Of a stretch of 64,000 bases of DNA, positions 8,902 to 18,096 are shown piece after piece. The position numbers were made by a program, and so were the translations under genes. Origin of the DNA: Eubacteriales bacterium (GTDB lineage: Bacteria > Bacillota > Clostridia > Oscillospirales > QAKW01); the NCBI GenBank assembly GCA_045544255.1, contig JAZPYP010000072.1:41764-105763 (forward strand), read 5' to 3'. Within the stretch, counting starts at the first letter, position 1. Each line of letters starts with the position of its first letter. Below the pieces are notes generated by a model. It was not told where the DNA came from. It saw only the letters and a list, made by a program, of their open reading frames with translations, and ran no database searches.

Positions 8902-11148
8902 ATGCATTATCAGGACACAACTCTTTCCCCTGCCGAGCGGGCGGCGGATCTGCTCGCCCGTATGACGCCTGAAGAAAAGGTTGCTCAAATCGATATTATT
9001 CGCGGGGTGGAATTTTCGGAATTGACCACCCCTAAGCAGCATTGCTCCATACCGCCGGAGAGCGGGATCAAGGAAGAAAAGATGCAAGAGATCTTAGGGG
9101 ATCGGGGGATCGGCTATATCCACGATTGCTATAGCACACCCGCCATGCTCAATCGCTTTCAAAAATATCTTTTAGAGCATTCCCGCCTGCCCATCCCCTG
9201 CATCTTCACAGGAGAAGCGCTCCACGGCATCGAAGGCTTACGGGGCACCATCTTCCCTGTTCCGCTGGCGCTTTCTGCTTCCTTTGATCCTTCCCTCACC
9301 TATCGGGTGGGAGAGGCCATCGGCGCTGAAGCCCGCTCCTTGGGTATTATGGAAATCCTTGCCCCCAATTTAGATCTTGCAAGAGAGCTTCGCTGGGGCA
9401 GAGTGGAGGAGACCTTCGGAGAGGATCCCTTTCTTTCCTCTCAAATGGGTTGCGCCATTATCAAGGGGGAGCAGAAAAACGGAGAATTTGATCGCCCCGA
9501 TGCTGTGGTCTGCGAGCCCAAGCATTATTGCGTCCACGGCATCCCCGAGGGCGGCCTCAACCGCGCCACCGCAAGAGTAGGTCGGCGGGAGATCGAAAGC
9601 GATTATCTCCCCATCTTTGAAGCGGCCATCCGAGAGGCAGGGGCCATGAACGTGATGGCCTGCTATAATACAATCGATCGGGAGCCGGTCATCGCCTCCC
9701 CTTATTATCTCAAAGAAATTTTGAGAGACCGCTTTGGAATGAAAGGTGTTGTGCGAGCAGATTGGGGCGCTGTGCGGCGGATGATCAATCCCATGGGGCA
9801 CGCAGAAAATGCAAAAGAAGCCATCTGCATGACCTTTAATGCGGGCTTGGATATGCAAGGATGCTGCGATTATGATAACGCCACTTGGCAGGGCACCCTT
9901 TTGGAGCTGCTCCGTGAGGGGCGGGTCTCCATGGAGCGGCTGGATGAAGCTGTTCTTCGGGTGCTTGAAATAAAATTCCGCTTAGGGCTTTTTGAAAACC
10001 CCTATACCAATGAAGAAAAATATCAAAAGATCATCCGCAATGATCCCCATCGCGCCCTCTCCTTTGAGGCAGCGAAAAAAGCGATGACTCTTTTAAAAAA
10101 TGAGGGAATCTTGCCCCTTTCCCGCACTTTGAAAAAAATCGCCGTCATCGGCCCTAATGCCGATCGCCAGCGGGTGGGCGGCTATTCTTCGGTGCCGGAT
10201 GGATATGAAATCCCATCCGTTTTGGAAGAAATCAAGGCAACCTTGCCCGCGGCGCAGGTTTCCTATTGCCATGGTTGCTCTATCCCTGTTGGGATGCAAG
10301 CGGCGGTAATTGAGGGGCAACCACATCTCAGGGCGGTTTACGAGGATCAGCAGGAAGATGCCATTGAGGAAGCCGCAAGGATCGCCGCCGAAAGCGAGGT
10401 TGCCATCATCGTTGCAGGGGATAACACCCGCACCAGCGGCGAGGGGCACGATCGCGCCGATCTGCGCTTGGCAGGCCACCAGCGGGAATTGATCAAAGCA
10501 GTTGCCGCCACCGGCACCCCCACCATTTTGATTTTGGAAAATGGCCGCGCGGTGGATCTTTCCGAGGAAAATTCCCTTTGCGGCGCCATTCTGGCGGCAT
10601 GGTTCGGCGGCGAGCATGGAGCACGCGCCATTGTGGAGACCCTTTTCGGTGAAAATAACCCCGCCGGTCGTCTGCCCGTCTCTTTCCCTGCCGATTCCTT
10701 CCGCATTCCCTGCTATTATTCCATGCTCCATGAGAAGGGCGGAATGTTTGAGGGAGCAAGAGAGGCCCTTTATCCCTTTGGCCATGGGCTTTCCTATTCT
10801 GCCTTTGAATATGCCGATCTCTCTATCGAGCAGAAGGGAAAAACTGATTTTTCCGTCTCCTTCTCGGTAAAGAACATTAGCGAGCATGATGGTGATGAGG
10901 TGGCCCAGCTTTATCTCAACGATAAATTTTCCACCGTTGCCACTCCGCCCAAAGCCTTAAAAGGCTTTAAGCGCATTTCCTTGAAGGCAGGGGAGCAAAA
11001 GCGGATCACCCTCACCTTGGGCTTTGATGCTTTCAAGCTGATGAATGCTCGCTATCAATGGGTGGTGGAGCCCGGCGAATTTGAAATCATGATCGGCGCT
11101 TCTTCCCGCGATATCCGCCTTAAAGAAACCATCACCATCGCCCATTAG
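8902..11148 (+). CDS. GH3 family beta-glucosidase/beta-hexosaminidase-like glycosidase
   Basis: GH3 N- and C-terminal domains plus an Fn3-like end. GGGAGGA SD lies 7 nt before the ATG at 8902 (the track start at 8875 is also possible). No signal peptide. Confidence 0.85.
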   Translation: MHYQDTTLSPAERAADLLARMTPEEKVAQIDIIRGVEFSELTTPKQHCSIPPESGIKEEKMQEILGDRGIGYIHDCYSTPAMLNRFQKYLLEHSRLPIPCIFTGEALHGIEGLRGTIFPVPLALSASFDPSLTYRVGEAIGAEARSLGIMEILAPNLDLARELRWGRVEETFGEDPFLSSQMGCAIIKGEQKNGEFDRPDAVVCEPKHYCVHGIPEGGLNRATARVGRREIESDYLPIFEAAIREAGAMNVMACYNTIDREPVIASPYYLKEILRDRFGMKGVVRADWGAVRRMINPMGHAENAKEAICMTFNAGLDMQGCCDYDNATWQGTLLELLREGRVSMERLDEAVLRVLEIKFRLGLFENPYTNEEKYQKIIRNDPHRALSFEAAKKAMTLLKNEGILPLSRTLKKIAVIGPNADRQRVGGYSSVPDGYEIPSVLEEIKATLPAAQVSYCHGCSIPVGMQAAVIEGQPHLRAVYEDQQEDAIEEAARIAAESEVAIIVAGDNTRTSGEGHDRADLRLAGHQRELIKAVAATGTPTILILENGRAVDLSEENSLCGAILAAWFGGEHGARAIVETLFGENNPAGRLPVSFPADSFRIPCYYSMLHEKGGMFEGAREALYPFGHGLSYSAFEYADLSIEQKGKTDFSVSFSVKNISEHDGDEVAQLYLNDKFSTVATPPKALKGFKRISLKAGEQKRITLTLGFDAFKLMNARYQWVVEPGEFEIMIGASSRDIRLKETITIAH

Positions 11149-11227
11149 GGCAGAAAAGATAGTCCGCACCCCTCGGCGCAAAGCCTCTTCTGCATTTTAC
11201 CCCCTATTTTCAACCCCAATTCCGGCC

Positions 11228-11263
11228 CCGACTGCAAAAAAACGCAGTCGGAGCCTTCTTTTT
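11228..11263 (+). terminator. terminator after GH3 gene
   Basis: CCGACTGC-loop-GCAGTCGG hairpin with a T-rich tail a few nt downstream. Confidence 0.6.
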
Positions 11264-11273
11264 AACCCTATTT

Positions 11274-11303
11274 GATATCATGGTATCATGATATCATAAT
11301 ATC
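11274..11303. repeat. TGATATCA octamer array, 4 degenerate copies
   Basis: GATATCA TGGTATCA TGATATCA TAATATC, read directly. Intergenic. Confidence 0.9.
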
Positions 11304-11349
11304 GAGAAATGATATCCTTTTTGGACTGTTCAATTTGTGCGGATAGAAC

Positions 11350-11399
11350 AAAAGCCCCCTATGGTAGTTTCTTCTATTCTACCATAGGGGGCTTTTTTC
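11350..11399. terminator. bidirectional terminator downstream of RHH gene
   Basis: 15-bp perfect stem AGCCCCCTATGGTAG/CTACCATAGGGGGCT with an A-run before and a T-run after. Confidence 0.85.
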
Positions 11400-11457
11400 T
11401 ATTGTCCGCTTTTCCCGACCTTGCGCATTTTAAGGATACCGCTCTTTTGGTTTTCTC

Positions 11458-11682
11458 TTATTTTTGCGCCATACGCTTGAAGATGTCTCGGCGCCTCTCT
11501 GCAGGGGAATTGCCTTCCTTAATATCTTTCTCGATCAGCTCGGTCAGGTATTGATTGATGCTGAAGCCGCGCTCCTCTTTTTTTAATTTCTGCACCTTCT
11601 CAATCATATCCTCATAGGTTTTAGGCGAAAGCCGCAACGTCAACATCACTTTTTCACAGGTATATACATCGCTCTTATTCAT
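11458..11682 (-). CDS. ribbon-helix-helix (Arc/MetJ/CopG-type) DNA-binding protein, 74 aa
   Basis: AAGGAG SD lies 8 nt before the second ATG (11682). The pattern beta-strand KVMLTLRL then helix PKTYEDMIEKV then helix SINQYLTELIEKDI fits RHH. Confidence 0.7.
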   Translation of the reverse strand: MNKSDVYTCEKVMLTLRLSPKTYEDMIEKVQKLKKEERGFSINQYLTELIEKDIKEGNSPAERRRDIFKRMAQK

Positions 11683-11705
11683 CGTCCCATCTCCTTTATT
11701 CATTT

Positions 11706-11731
11706 AAGATATCATGATATCATGATATCTT
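11706..11731. promoter_or_regulatory. 26-bp perfect palindrome (3 octamers) placed as the operator of the RHH gene
   Basis: AAGATATCATGATATCATGATATCTT starts 6 nt downstream of the -10 hexamer, covering the predicted transcription start site (TSS) and early 5' UTR. Confidence 0.6.
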
Positions 11732-11737
11732 AAATTC

Positions 11738-11766
11738 ATTATAGAGAAGCTTATGAATTTTGTCAA
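11738..11766 (-). promoter_or_regulatory. consensus sigma-A-type promoter of RHH gene
   Basis: Minus strand reads TTGACA - 17 nt - TATAAT, both hexamers perfect. Confidence 0.75.
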
Positions 11767-11829
11767 GATTTATAAGGTTATCCCCTGCCTTTTCCTCATT
11801 TTTCTGCATCATTTTGCAGCTTTTCTTTT

Positions 11830-11847
11830 TTGATATCATGATATCAA
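11830..11847. repeat. TGATATCA octamer array, 2 copies (18-bp perfect palindrome)
   Basis: TTGATATCATGATATCAA, 8 nt downstream of the APH stop codon. Confidence 0.9.
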
Positions 11848-11855
11848 GCGAGAAT

Positions 11856-12641
11856 TTAGCCAAAAATTTCAAAGGCGCTGATGAGGCGGAGCTTTTCTTC
11901 CTCAATCAGATGCTTTCCATAGGCTTCCTTGAATGTTTCGGCATAAGCATCGGTATGAAGATTGAACTGCAGGGTCCAGATCGCCCAATAGAGATCAATA
12001 TGCCGATCGGCCACCCCTGCAGCGCCAAGATCGATAAAGCCGGAGAATTGCCAATCCTTCAAGAGAATATTGGGCAGGCAATAATCCCCGTGGATCAATG
12101 CTTCCTTCTTCAAAAGATGCCCCTGCTCCTCAATCAGCCGCCAAGCCTGCTCGGCGCTCTCCAAGGGAGCGGAAGGCCACCCATAGGAGAGGTCAAATTG
12201 CCTCTTTTGGTAATTCTCCTCGGCAGTTTTAAAATAAGAAGCAAGGCGATCCTGCATGGGGCAATCGGCAAAGGGCCTCTCATGCAATTCTCTTAAAATT
12301 TTTGCAAGGGTTGCTGCAAGGCGGGAGGGCTCATGGCAATAGTGAGTGCAATCCTCTCCCGCTACCGCTTCTGTCAAAAGCCAATCATATTCTTCGCTTT
12401 TATAGTCCAACACCTTGGCTGCAAGCCCCTTTTGATAAAACCATTCGGTCAGGGTGGCCTCCCTTTTCAGAGCGCCCCTCTTGCCTTGCTTTAAATAGAG
12501 CCCTTCCCCCTTCGGAATATAAAAAACCCGCGCTTCCGGAGAGCAGCTGCTATCAAAGATAGGGCCCTCTTTCAAAAGGGAATGATATTCTTTCGGAAAA
12601 TCCGCAAGGGTTGGGTGAAGCAATGTTTTTTTCATCTGCAA
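11856..12641 (-). CDS. aminoglycoside O-phosphotransferase, APH(3')-like
   Basis: 261 aa. Catalytic-loop and Mg-binding motifs HGDYCLPNILL and GFIDLGAAGVADRHIDL, in register with the APH(3') family. Size matches (~260 aa). Confidence 0.7.
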   Translation of the reverse strand: MQMKKTLLHPTLADFPKEYHSLLKEGPIFDSSCSPEARVFYIPKGEGLYLKQGKRGALKREATLTEWFYQKGLAAKVLDYKSEEYDWLLTEAVAGEDCTHYCHEPSRLAATLAKILRELHERPFADCPMQDRLASYFKTAEENYQKRQFDLSYGWPSAPLESAEQAWRLIEEQGHLLKKEALIHGDYCLPNILLKDWQFSGFIDLGAAGVADRHIDLYWAIWTLQFNLHTDAYAETFKEAYGKHLIEEEKLRLISAFEIFG

Positions 12642-12677
12642 CTCCTTTAAAAAAGGCGGCCAACGGCCGCCCTTTTA

Positions 12678-15149
12678 TTAGTTAAGTAATCCTTCCAGAA
12701 GATCGGTTTCAGCGGCGCCCTTTTCGTTCAGCCGCAAGGTCTTAATCTCATATTTCCCAAAGGAAACTTTAGTCTTTTCGCCCTTCCACTCAACGGTAGC
12801 AGTTTGCTCCTTTTCGGTGGGGTTAAAGAGCCGCAGAATAAAGCCATCCCCATCCTCGGCCTTCTTAAAGGCGGTGCAATCGATGATCTCGCTCTCCAAA
12901 AGCCAAGAGGCCTTGGGTTTCTCGCCGGTACCGGTGGGATAGAAGGAGAAAGCCATGGAAGGCTGATTGAACTGATGAGCCACTCTGCCTGCATGGTCGA
13001 GGATCTCTTCTTTTGCACCAAAGGTCAGCTTAAAGCTGAAATCCCGCTCGCCCTGCTCAATATAGGGCATATAGCGATCCTGCGGCATTACCTTGCGATC
13101 CCCAACAGGGTGGGCGCAATAGGAAGCGGAGCGCAAAAGAGTCATCTTCAAAGAGGCGCTCTTATCATCGAAGGCGGAGCCATAGGTGCCGATATTGGAA
13201 ACCTGAATAGCCTGCTCCCCATCGCTGATGGCCAGATATTTTTGAGCCACATTCTCCTTCATCTCATGGAAGAGCTCTTCTCTGCCATAGAGATGCTCAC
13301 CGATGCAGCTATCGGCCTTGAAAGCAGCGGGGATATTCCAGCGAACAAGCTCTTGCTTTTCGTTCCAATTAATGCGGATATCCACCTGCAGGCCTTCCTT
13401 ATCGGAGAGGATATATTTCACAATGGCGCGGGAGGTCTTATAACCGAAGATGGCCTCCACCACGGTGCGAACATCGCCCCCCTCAATCACATGCACCCCA
13501 TCAATAGGCGCATCCAATGCGCAGAACTCCTGCACCTCTTTGGGAGAGAGCAATTTGAAATCGCCGGTCTTTTCATACCACCCTTCCGCGTTCATATACC
13601 AAGGATCGAAATCATCTTTAAAGATCTCAAGGCCAAAGGCACCCTTTGCAAGGTAATCTTTCCCGTCCTTTTTCAGCTCGTCGATCAGGCCGGTCTTGCG
13701 GTTGATCTTCACCTTCATGCCGCCCTTATCGTAAACAAGGCAATCTCCCTCAACAGGCAGGGAGCAGCCCGGCTTTTTCTCGATGGTATCAAAAGCGCAA
13801 TCGAAGCGATTCAAAGCCATGGGGGCAAGAGTGGTATGGAAGAGGACTCTCTTTCTCCATTCCAGAGGAATGGTGCTATTCTCCTTCTCCCCTTGGGCGG
13901 GGCAGCGGTTGCCCTGATCATCATATACTACAGGCTGGAGATATTCAATATTCCAATTCTGGTCCCAGAGCATAAATTCGCAGGTGAAATCCCCTTCCAA
14001 GGGATAAGGATGGGGGTTATATACAAACATGGGGATCTTATCGGGATCGGGCTTTCTCTGGCCGCCTGCCAGAGCAAAGAAAGCTCTTGCTTTCAAGCGG
14101 GAGAGAATCTCCAGAGCATGATCTGCCATGCGAATGCCCATCTCTTCGGCAGCCTGAATAGAGCTGCCGGGGAGGATATCATGGAACTGAACGGTGAGGA
14201 TATCATAAAGCGCCTCGGCAAAATCCTTGGAGGGATATTCTATGAGGCCCTGCTCTGCCGCATGGGCGCAGATGCTCTCGGTGAAGAAATAGGTATTCTC
14301 TGCCTGGCGATATTTCTGCTTTACTCTTACCTGGCTGGTATAGCAACCGGGCGCCCAAAGATTGAGGCTCGAGTCCACCTTGGGGAAATCTCTCTTATCC
14401 TTGATGGCCTCTAAATATCCTTCGGGGGTGGAATCGATGATGTTTACACCCTCGCCAACCTCTTTGCGCAGCGCCTCGATCTTATCCAGATCCTCTTTGG
14501 AGGGGCCGCCGCCGTGGTTGCCGATTCCCCAAAGGCAGACCACGCAATCATCCTCAGGGCATTTATCCACATAGCCGCGGATCTTCTTATCTGCCTTGCC
14601 CTTGGCAGAGTTATATGCACTGGTACGAATTCCGACAACGGTAGAGCCATCATAGCCTTCCCATGTGAATTCCTTGGCGGGCAGATCCATAAAGCCGGGC
14701 CAAGGACGCATAAAGAGATAGCCCTCATAGCCGCATTTTACCATGATCTGCACAAGCCCGCGGCTATGGCCAAAGGGATCCACATTGATGCCGACCTTGG
14801 GCACCACGCCGAATTTTTCTTTAAAATATTTTCTGCCTTCATGAATCTGGCGCACCATGGCCTCGCCGGAAGGCATATTGCAATCGGGCTGGAGATGCCA
14901 GCCGCCCATGATATGCCATTTGCCTGCGGCAACCAGCTTTTTGATCCGCTCGAAGAGGGGCATATCATATTCTTCGATCCAGCGATAAAGCAGCGCCTCA
15001 TTATGGCAGAAAACAAATTTTTCATATTGCTCGCAGAAATTTGCGGCAATCCGATAAGTAGAGAGGGTTTCGGCAGCGCCTTCCTCCCATTCCCATTGCC
15101 AAACAGGATCCAGATGGGCATTGCAGATCAGATGAATATTCTTACTCAT
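12678..15149 (-). CDS. GH38 alpha-mannosidase
   Basis: 823 aa. N-terminus is NAHLDPVWQW...GGWHLQPDCNMPSGE, typical of GH38. No signal peptide. Confidence 0.85.
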   Translation of the reverse strand: MSKNIHLICNAHLDPVWQWEWEEGAAETLSTYRIAANFCEQYEKFVFCHNEALLYRWIEEYDMPLFERIKKLVAAGKWHIMGGWHLQPDCNMPSGEAMVRQIHEGRKYFKEKFGVVPKVGINVDPFGHSRGLVQIMVKCGYEGYLFMRPWPGFMDLPAKEFTWEGYDGSTVVGIRTSAYNSAKGKADKKIRGYVDKCPEDDCVVCLWGIGNHGGGPSKEDLDKIEALRKEVGEGVNIIDSTPEGYLEAIKDKRDFPKVDSSLNLWAPGCYTSQVRVKQKYRQAENTYFFTESICAHAAEQGLIEYPSKDFAEALYDILTVQFHDILPGSSIQAAEEMGIRMADHALEILSRLKARAFFALAGGQRKPDPDKIPMFVYNPHPYPLEGDFTCEFMLWDQNWNIEYLQPVVYDDQGNRCPAQGEKENSTIPLEWRKRVLFHTTLAPMALNRFDCAFDTIEKKPGCSLPVEGDCLVYDKGGMKVKINRKTGLIDELKKDGKDYLAKGAFGLEIFKDDFDPWYMNAEGWYEKTGDFKLLSPKEVQEFCALDAPIDGVHVIEGGDVRTVVEAIFGYKTSRAIVKYILSDKEGLQVDIRINWNEKQELVRWNIPAAFKADSCIGEHLYGREELFHEMKENVAQKYLAISDGEQAIQVSNIGTYGSAFDDKSASLKMTLLRSASYCAHPVGDRKVMPQDRYMPYIEQGERDFSFKLTFGAKEEILDHAGRVAHQFNQPSMAFSFYPTGTGEKPKASWLLESEIIDCTAFKKAEDGDGFILRLFNPTEKEQTATVEWKGEKTKVSFGKYEIKTLRLNEKGAAETDLLEGLLN

Positions 15150-15163
15150 GATTTTTCTCTCCT

Positions 15164-15667
15164 TTATTGAACTTTATCGCCGGGAATCGTATTCCAAACA
15201 ACAGCTTCGAATTGAGTGGTGCCGGTAGAAAGGGTATGGGTGGATCCATTCAGCATGGAAGCACCGTTTACATAGCGGCCCTTATCTTCATAATAACGCT
15301 CGGTTTCGATCGTTACCAATACATCATAGCGCAGCGCCCGCTCAATGGCCTGATAGGAACCATCGGGCATCAGCGTATCTTCCTTATGCTTTTCGATCTC
15401 TACCTTTTTGATCACACCGAGCTTCTTATTCCCCTCATAAAGGGGATCGCCTTCTTTGATGCTCATGGCAACCTGCTCCCGAAGATCGCTGCCCTGCAGC
15501 TTGATCTCGGCATGATGATATTCCACCGAAGGCGCCGGCTCCCCTTCCGGTTTGCTCCATGGCTTCGTTACCAAAAGGAGCCCGCCCACCAGCAAAACTG
15601 CCAGAGCGATCAGATCGAAAAGGTTGATCTTGCCGAACACGCGGCCTCTTTCATCTAAAATCTTCAT
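15164..15667 (-). CDS. DUF4330-like single-pass membrane protein
   Basis: 167 aa. N-terminal GKINLFDL plus a TM helix. Paralogous to the upstream gene, with a 4-nt overlap. Confidence 0.55.
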   Translation of the reverse strand: MKILDERGRVFGKINLFDLIALAVLLVGGLLLVTKPWSKPEGEPAPSVEYHHAEIKLQGSDLREQVAMSIKEGDPLYEGNKKLGVIKKVEIEKHKEDTLMPDGSYQAIERALRYDVLVTIETERYYEDKGRYVNGASMLNGSTHTLSTGTTQFEAVVWNTIPGDKVQ

Positions 15668-16161
15668 TTTGATCCTCCTTCTTCAATCTTTTCGATGGCG
15701 CAGATTTTTGCAGTAACCCTGCATTTTTCGGTTTCGGGATAGATGGTTTCGCCGATGATCAGCTTTGAGCCGTCTACCAAGAACTTTCCGTGCTCTTTTC
15801 GGCCCATTACCCGAACCTGCACCTCAACAGTCTTCTTTTGCGGGGATACCACTTCGCGGTAAATCCCCGCATTCTCATCATAGACCTCGGTTACCTTATC
15901 TTTAAGGCGCAGGGTTACAATCTCGCCCAATTCTCCCGATTGCTCATAAAAATAGAGGATATCGCCGATCTTCAGATCATTATAAGGATCTTCCATGCGT
16001 TGAGTACTCTGCAACGTTACAAGATACGGCTCTGATTCCTTCCCTTTAACAGGGGCCTTTTCCGGCTCCTCTTTGGTAAAGAGCCAAAGGCCGCCCACCA
16101 GCAGCAGCGCCACCAGCACCACGCAAAGGCCATGAACCCAATTAAGTTTGCCCTTAAGCAT
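15664..16161 (-). CDS. DUF4330-like single-pass membrane protein
   Basis: 165 aa, same architecture as 15164..15667. Confidence 0.55.
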   Translation of the reverse strand: MLKGKLNWVHGLCVVLVALLLVGGLWLFTKEEPEKAPVKGKESEPYLVTLQSTQRMEDPYNDLKIGDILYFYEQSGELGEIVTLRLKDKVTEVYDENAGIYREVVSPQKKTVEVQVRVMGRKEHGKFLVDGSKLIIGETIYPETEKCRVTAKICAIEKIEEGGSK

Positions 16162-16320
16162 TGGAAAAACCTCCTTAAGGCACCCCTCTTCTCGCGGGGC
16201 ATCAATTTTTTCTTATATTTATTATATTCTACCATATCCTCCCGCTCAATTCAATAAATATCAAGATTTTTCCAAATAAAAAAAGGAAGCCCAACATGCG
16301 GCGTTGAGCTTCCTTCCTTG

Positions 16321-17949
16321 TTAATAAATATAATGATAGGGATTTACCGGCGTTCCGTTGATCCGGATCTCAAAATGAAGATGGGGGCCGGTGCTTCGGC
16401 CGGTGGAGCCGATTCTTGCGATCTGCTGCCCTTGGGCCACATATTCGCCCACCGAAACAAGATTTTCGCTATTATGGGAATAAACCGTTACAAACCCATT
16501 CCCATGGCGCACGCGGATCACCTTGCCATAAGCGCCATCCCAGCCGGAGAAGATCACAGTGCCGCCGGCGGAAGCATAGATCGGCTTTCCGTAAGCGCCG
16601 CTCATGGAAAGATCCATGCCCTTATGGCCGCGGCCATCGCCCATATAACTTGTGATAATGCAGCGGCGGCCGATGGGATGAATGAAGGGGCTGCTGCCCG
16701 CATCGGAAGAAAAGCTGGTAGGCCATTTTTTGGTGCCCACATAAAGCTCTCTGGTTACCGGCTCTTTGGTTACCTTGGAGGAAAGGATCTTGGTTTCTGC
16801 CTTCTCCCCATCAATATAGGTTACCTCGGCGGTAATGGCCCGCACACCCTTCTGGCCGGCCACCTTCACCTTGGTTTGATTTAAATAAAGATCATCGCTG
16901 GCAATACGCTTGGTTGTATAAGAAATGCTTTCCTTATAAGATATGGTGCGCACAACCTTAACCCCAAGATAAACATCCGGCTCCGAGATCACCACTTTTC
17001 TGCCGGGGATCAGGCGGGTTTCATCCAATTCGGGGTTCAAATAATAAAGCATCTTGCGGGAAACACCGGTTTTCTCCACAATATCGCTCAGATAATCATC
17101 TTCCTCAATGGTATAATATTGGGGATCGGTGGAGCCGGCAAAAAGCTGCCGAAGCTCATTGGCATCCTTCATATCCGAGGGGGAAAAGAGCCCGTTGCGG
17201 ATCTCCACATCGCTCATAAATTCCACCCGCTCATTCTTAACTCCCGTTTCGAAGGGGGCTTTGAGCTCATCCAAAACCATTTGAATGGTTTCCGCCTTTT
17301 CGGCGGCGGCCACCAATTCGCCATCCACATAAAGGCCGAAATGGTTGCCGATCTCTTCGGTTACTGCCCGATAAGCCTGCACATAAAGGTTTTCCTCATC
17401 GGTCATCTTATTCTTGCGCACCAGAACAAATTTATATTCCGGCGCGGTATACATGCAATAGTTTTCCCCAAGAGTGGTGGCAAGGTCTTTTTCCACCTGC
17501 GTTACCGCAGAGGTAAATTCCCGCTCGTTTTTCACATAGGAGACAACCTTTCCATCTACCGATACTTCCAGCGCAACAGCATTATTTCCAAAAAAGAGCC
17601 CCACGCTGATCAGCATCACCAAGCAGAAAACCGGCGCCCAATAGCTGAAATCATGAACCAGGCTATGAGCCAGCCATACCACTACCCGCTGGGTGCCGCG
17701 GCCAATGGCGATGGAAATCTTCATTACCCGCTCCCCTAAAGAGCAGATCCATTCGAATACATTCTTCGGAGTGCAGGTTTTCAAAAACCGAATCACCGGC
17801 AGAAGAGTATACCGAAATGCAAAGATAAATAGGCTCTCAATAATCAGCCCGATCCAATAAATGAACCGCACAACAGCCATCAAGGCCGCGCCGAGCCCAC
17901 GCTTTTCCGCTCTGATTGCGCTTTCCAAAAACTTACACCTCCCTTTCAA
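16321..17949 (-). CDS. M23 peptidoglycan metalloendopeptidase with LysM and G5-like domains
   Basis: C-terminal M23 motifs HKGMDLS and GPHLHFE. LysM-like YTIEEDDYLSDIVEKTGVS. N-terminal TM helices. Confidence 0.8.
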   Translation of the reverse strand: MKGRCKFLESAIRAEKRGLGAALMAVVRFIYWIGLIIESLFIFAFRYTLLPVIRFLKTCTPKNVFEWICSLGERVMKISIAIGRGTQRVVVWLAHSLVHDFSYWAPVFCLVMLISVGLFFGNNAVALEVSVDGKVVSYVKNEREFTSAVTQVEKDLATTLGENYCMYTAPEYKFVLVRKNKMTDEENLYVQAYRAVTEEIGNHFGLYVDGELVAAAEKAETIQMVLDELKAPFETGVKNERVEFMSDVEIRNGLFSPSDMKDANELRQLFAGSTDPQYYTIEEDDYLSDIVEKTGVSRKMLYYLNPELDETRLIPGRKVVISEPDVYLGVKVVRTISYKESISYTTKRIASDDLYLNQTKVKVAGQKGVRAITAEVTYIDGEKAETKILSSKVTKEPVTRELYVGTKKWPTSFSSDAGSSPFIHPIGRRCIITSYMGDGRGHKGMDLSMSGAYGKPIYASAGGTVIFSGWDGAYGKVIRVRHGNGFVTVYSHNSENLVSVGEYVAQGQQIARIGSTGRSTGPHLHFEIRINGTPVNPYHYIY

Positions 17950-18096
17950 AATGATTACAAAATGGTTACAACGCTTTTATATCATACTCTATTTCCCTTC
18001 ATTTGTCAATAACCAAATTATGAGAGCTTCCTATTATATCTGTTATATAAAAAGGCGATCTTCCCATAATAAAGGAAAGATCGCTCTTTCTATTTT

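Noticed and set aside
11309-11554. 81-aa plus-strand ORF between the GH3 and RHH genes
   Set aside because: It spans a strong bidirectional terminator and overlaps the 3' end of the RHH gene. No SD, and low-complexity sequence.
12804-14414. 536-aa ORF antisense to the GH38 mannosidase
   Set aside because: A shadow frame of a well-supported gene. Low-complexity Ile/Gly/Ala/Leu-rich sequence with no recognisable domain.
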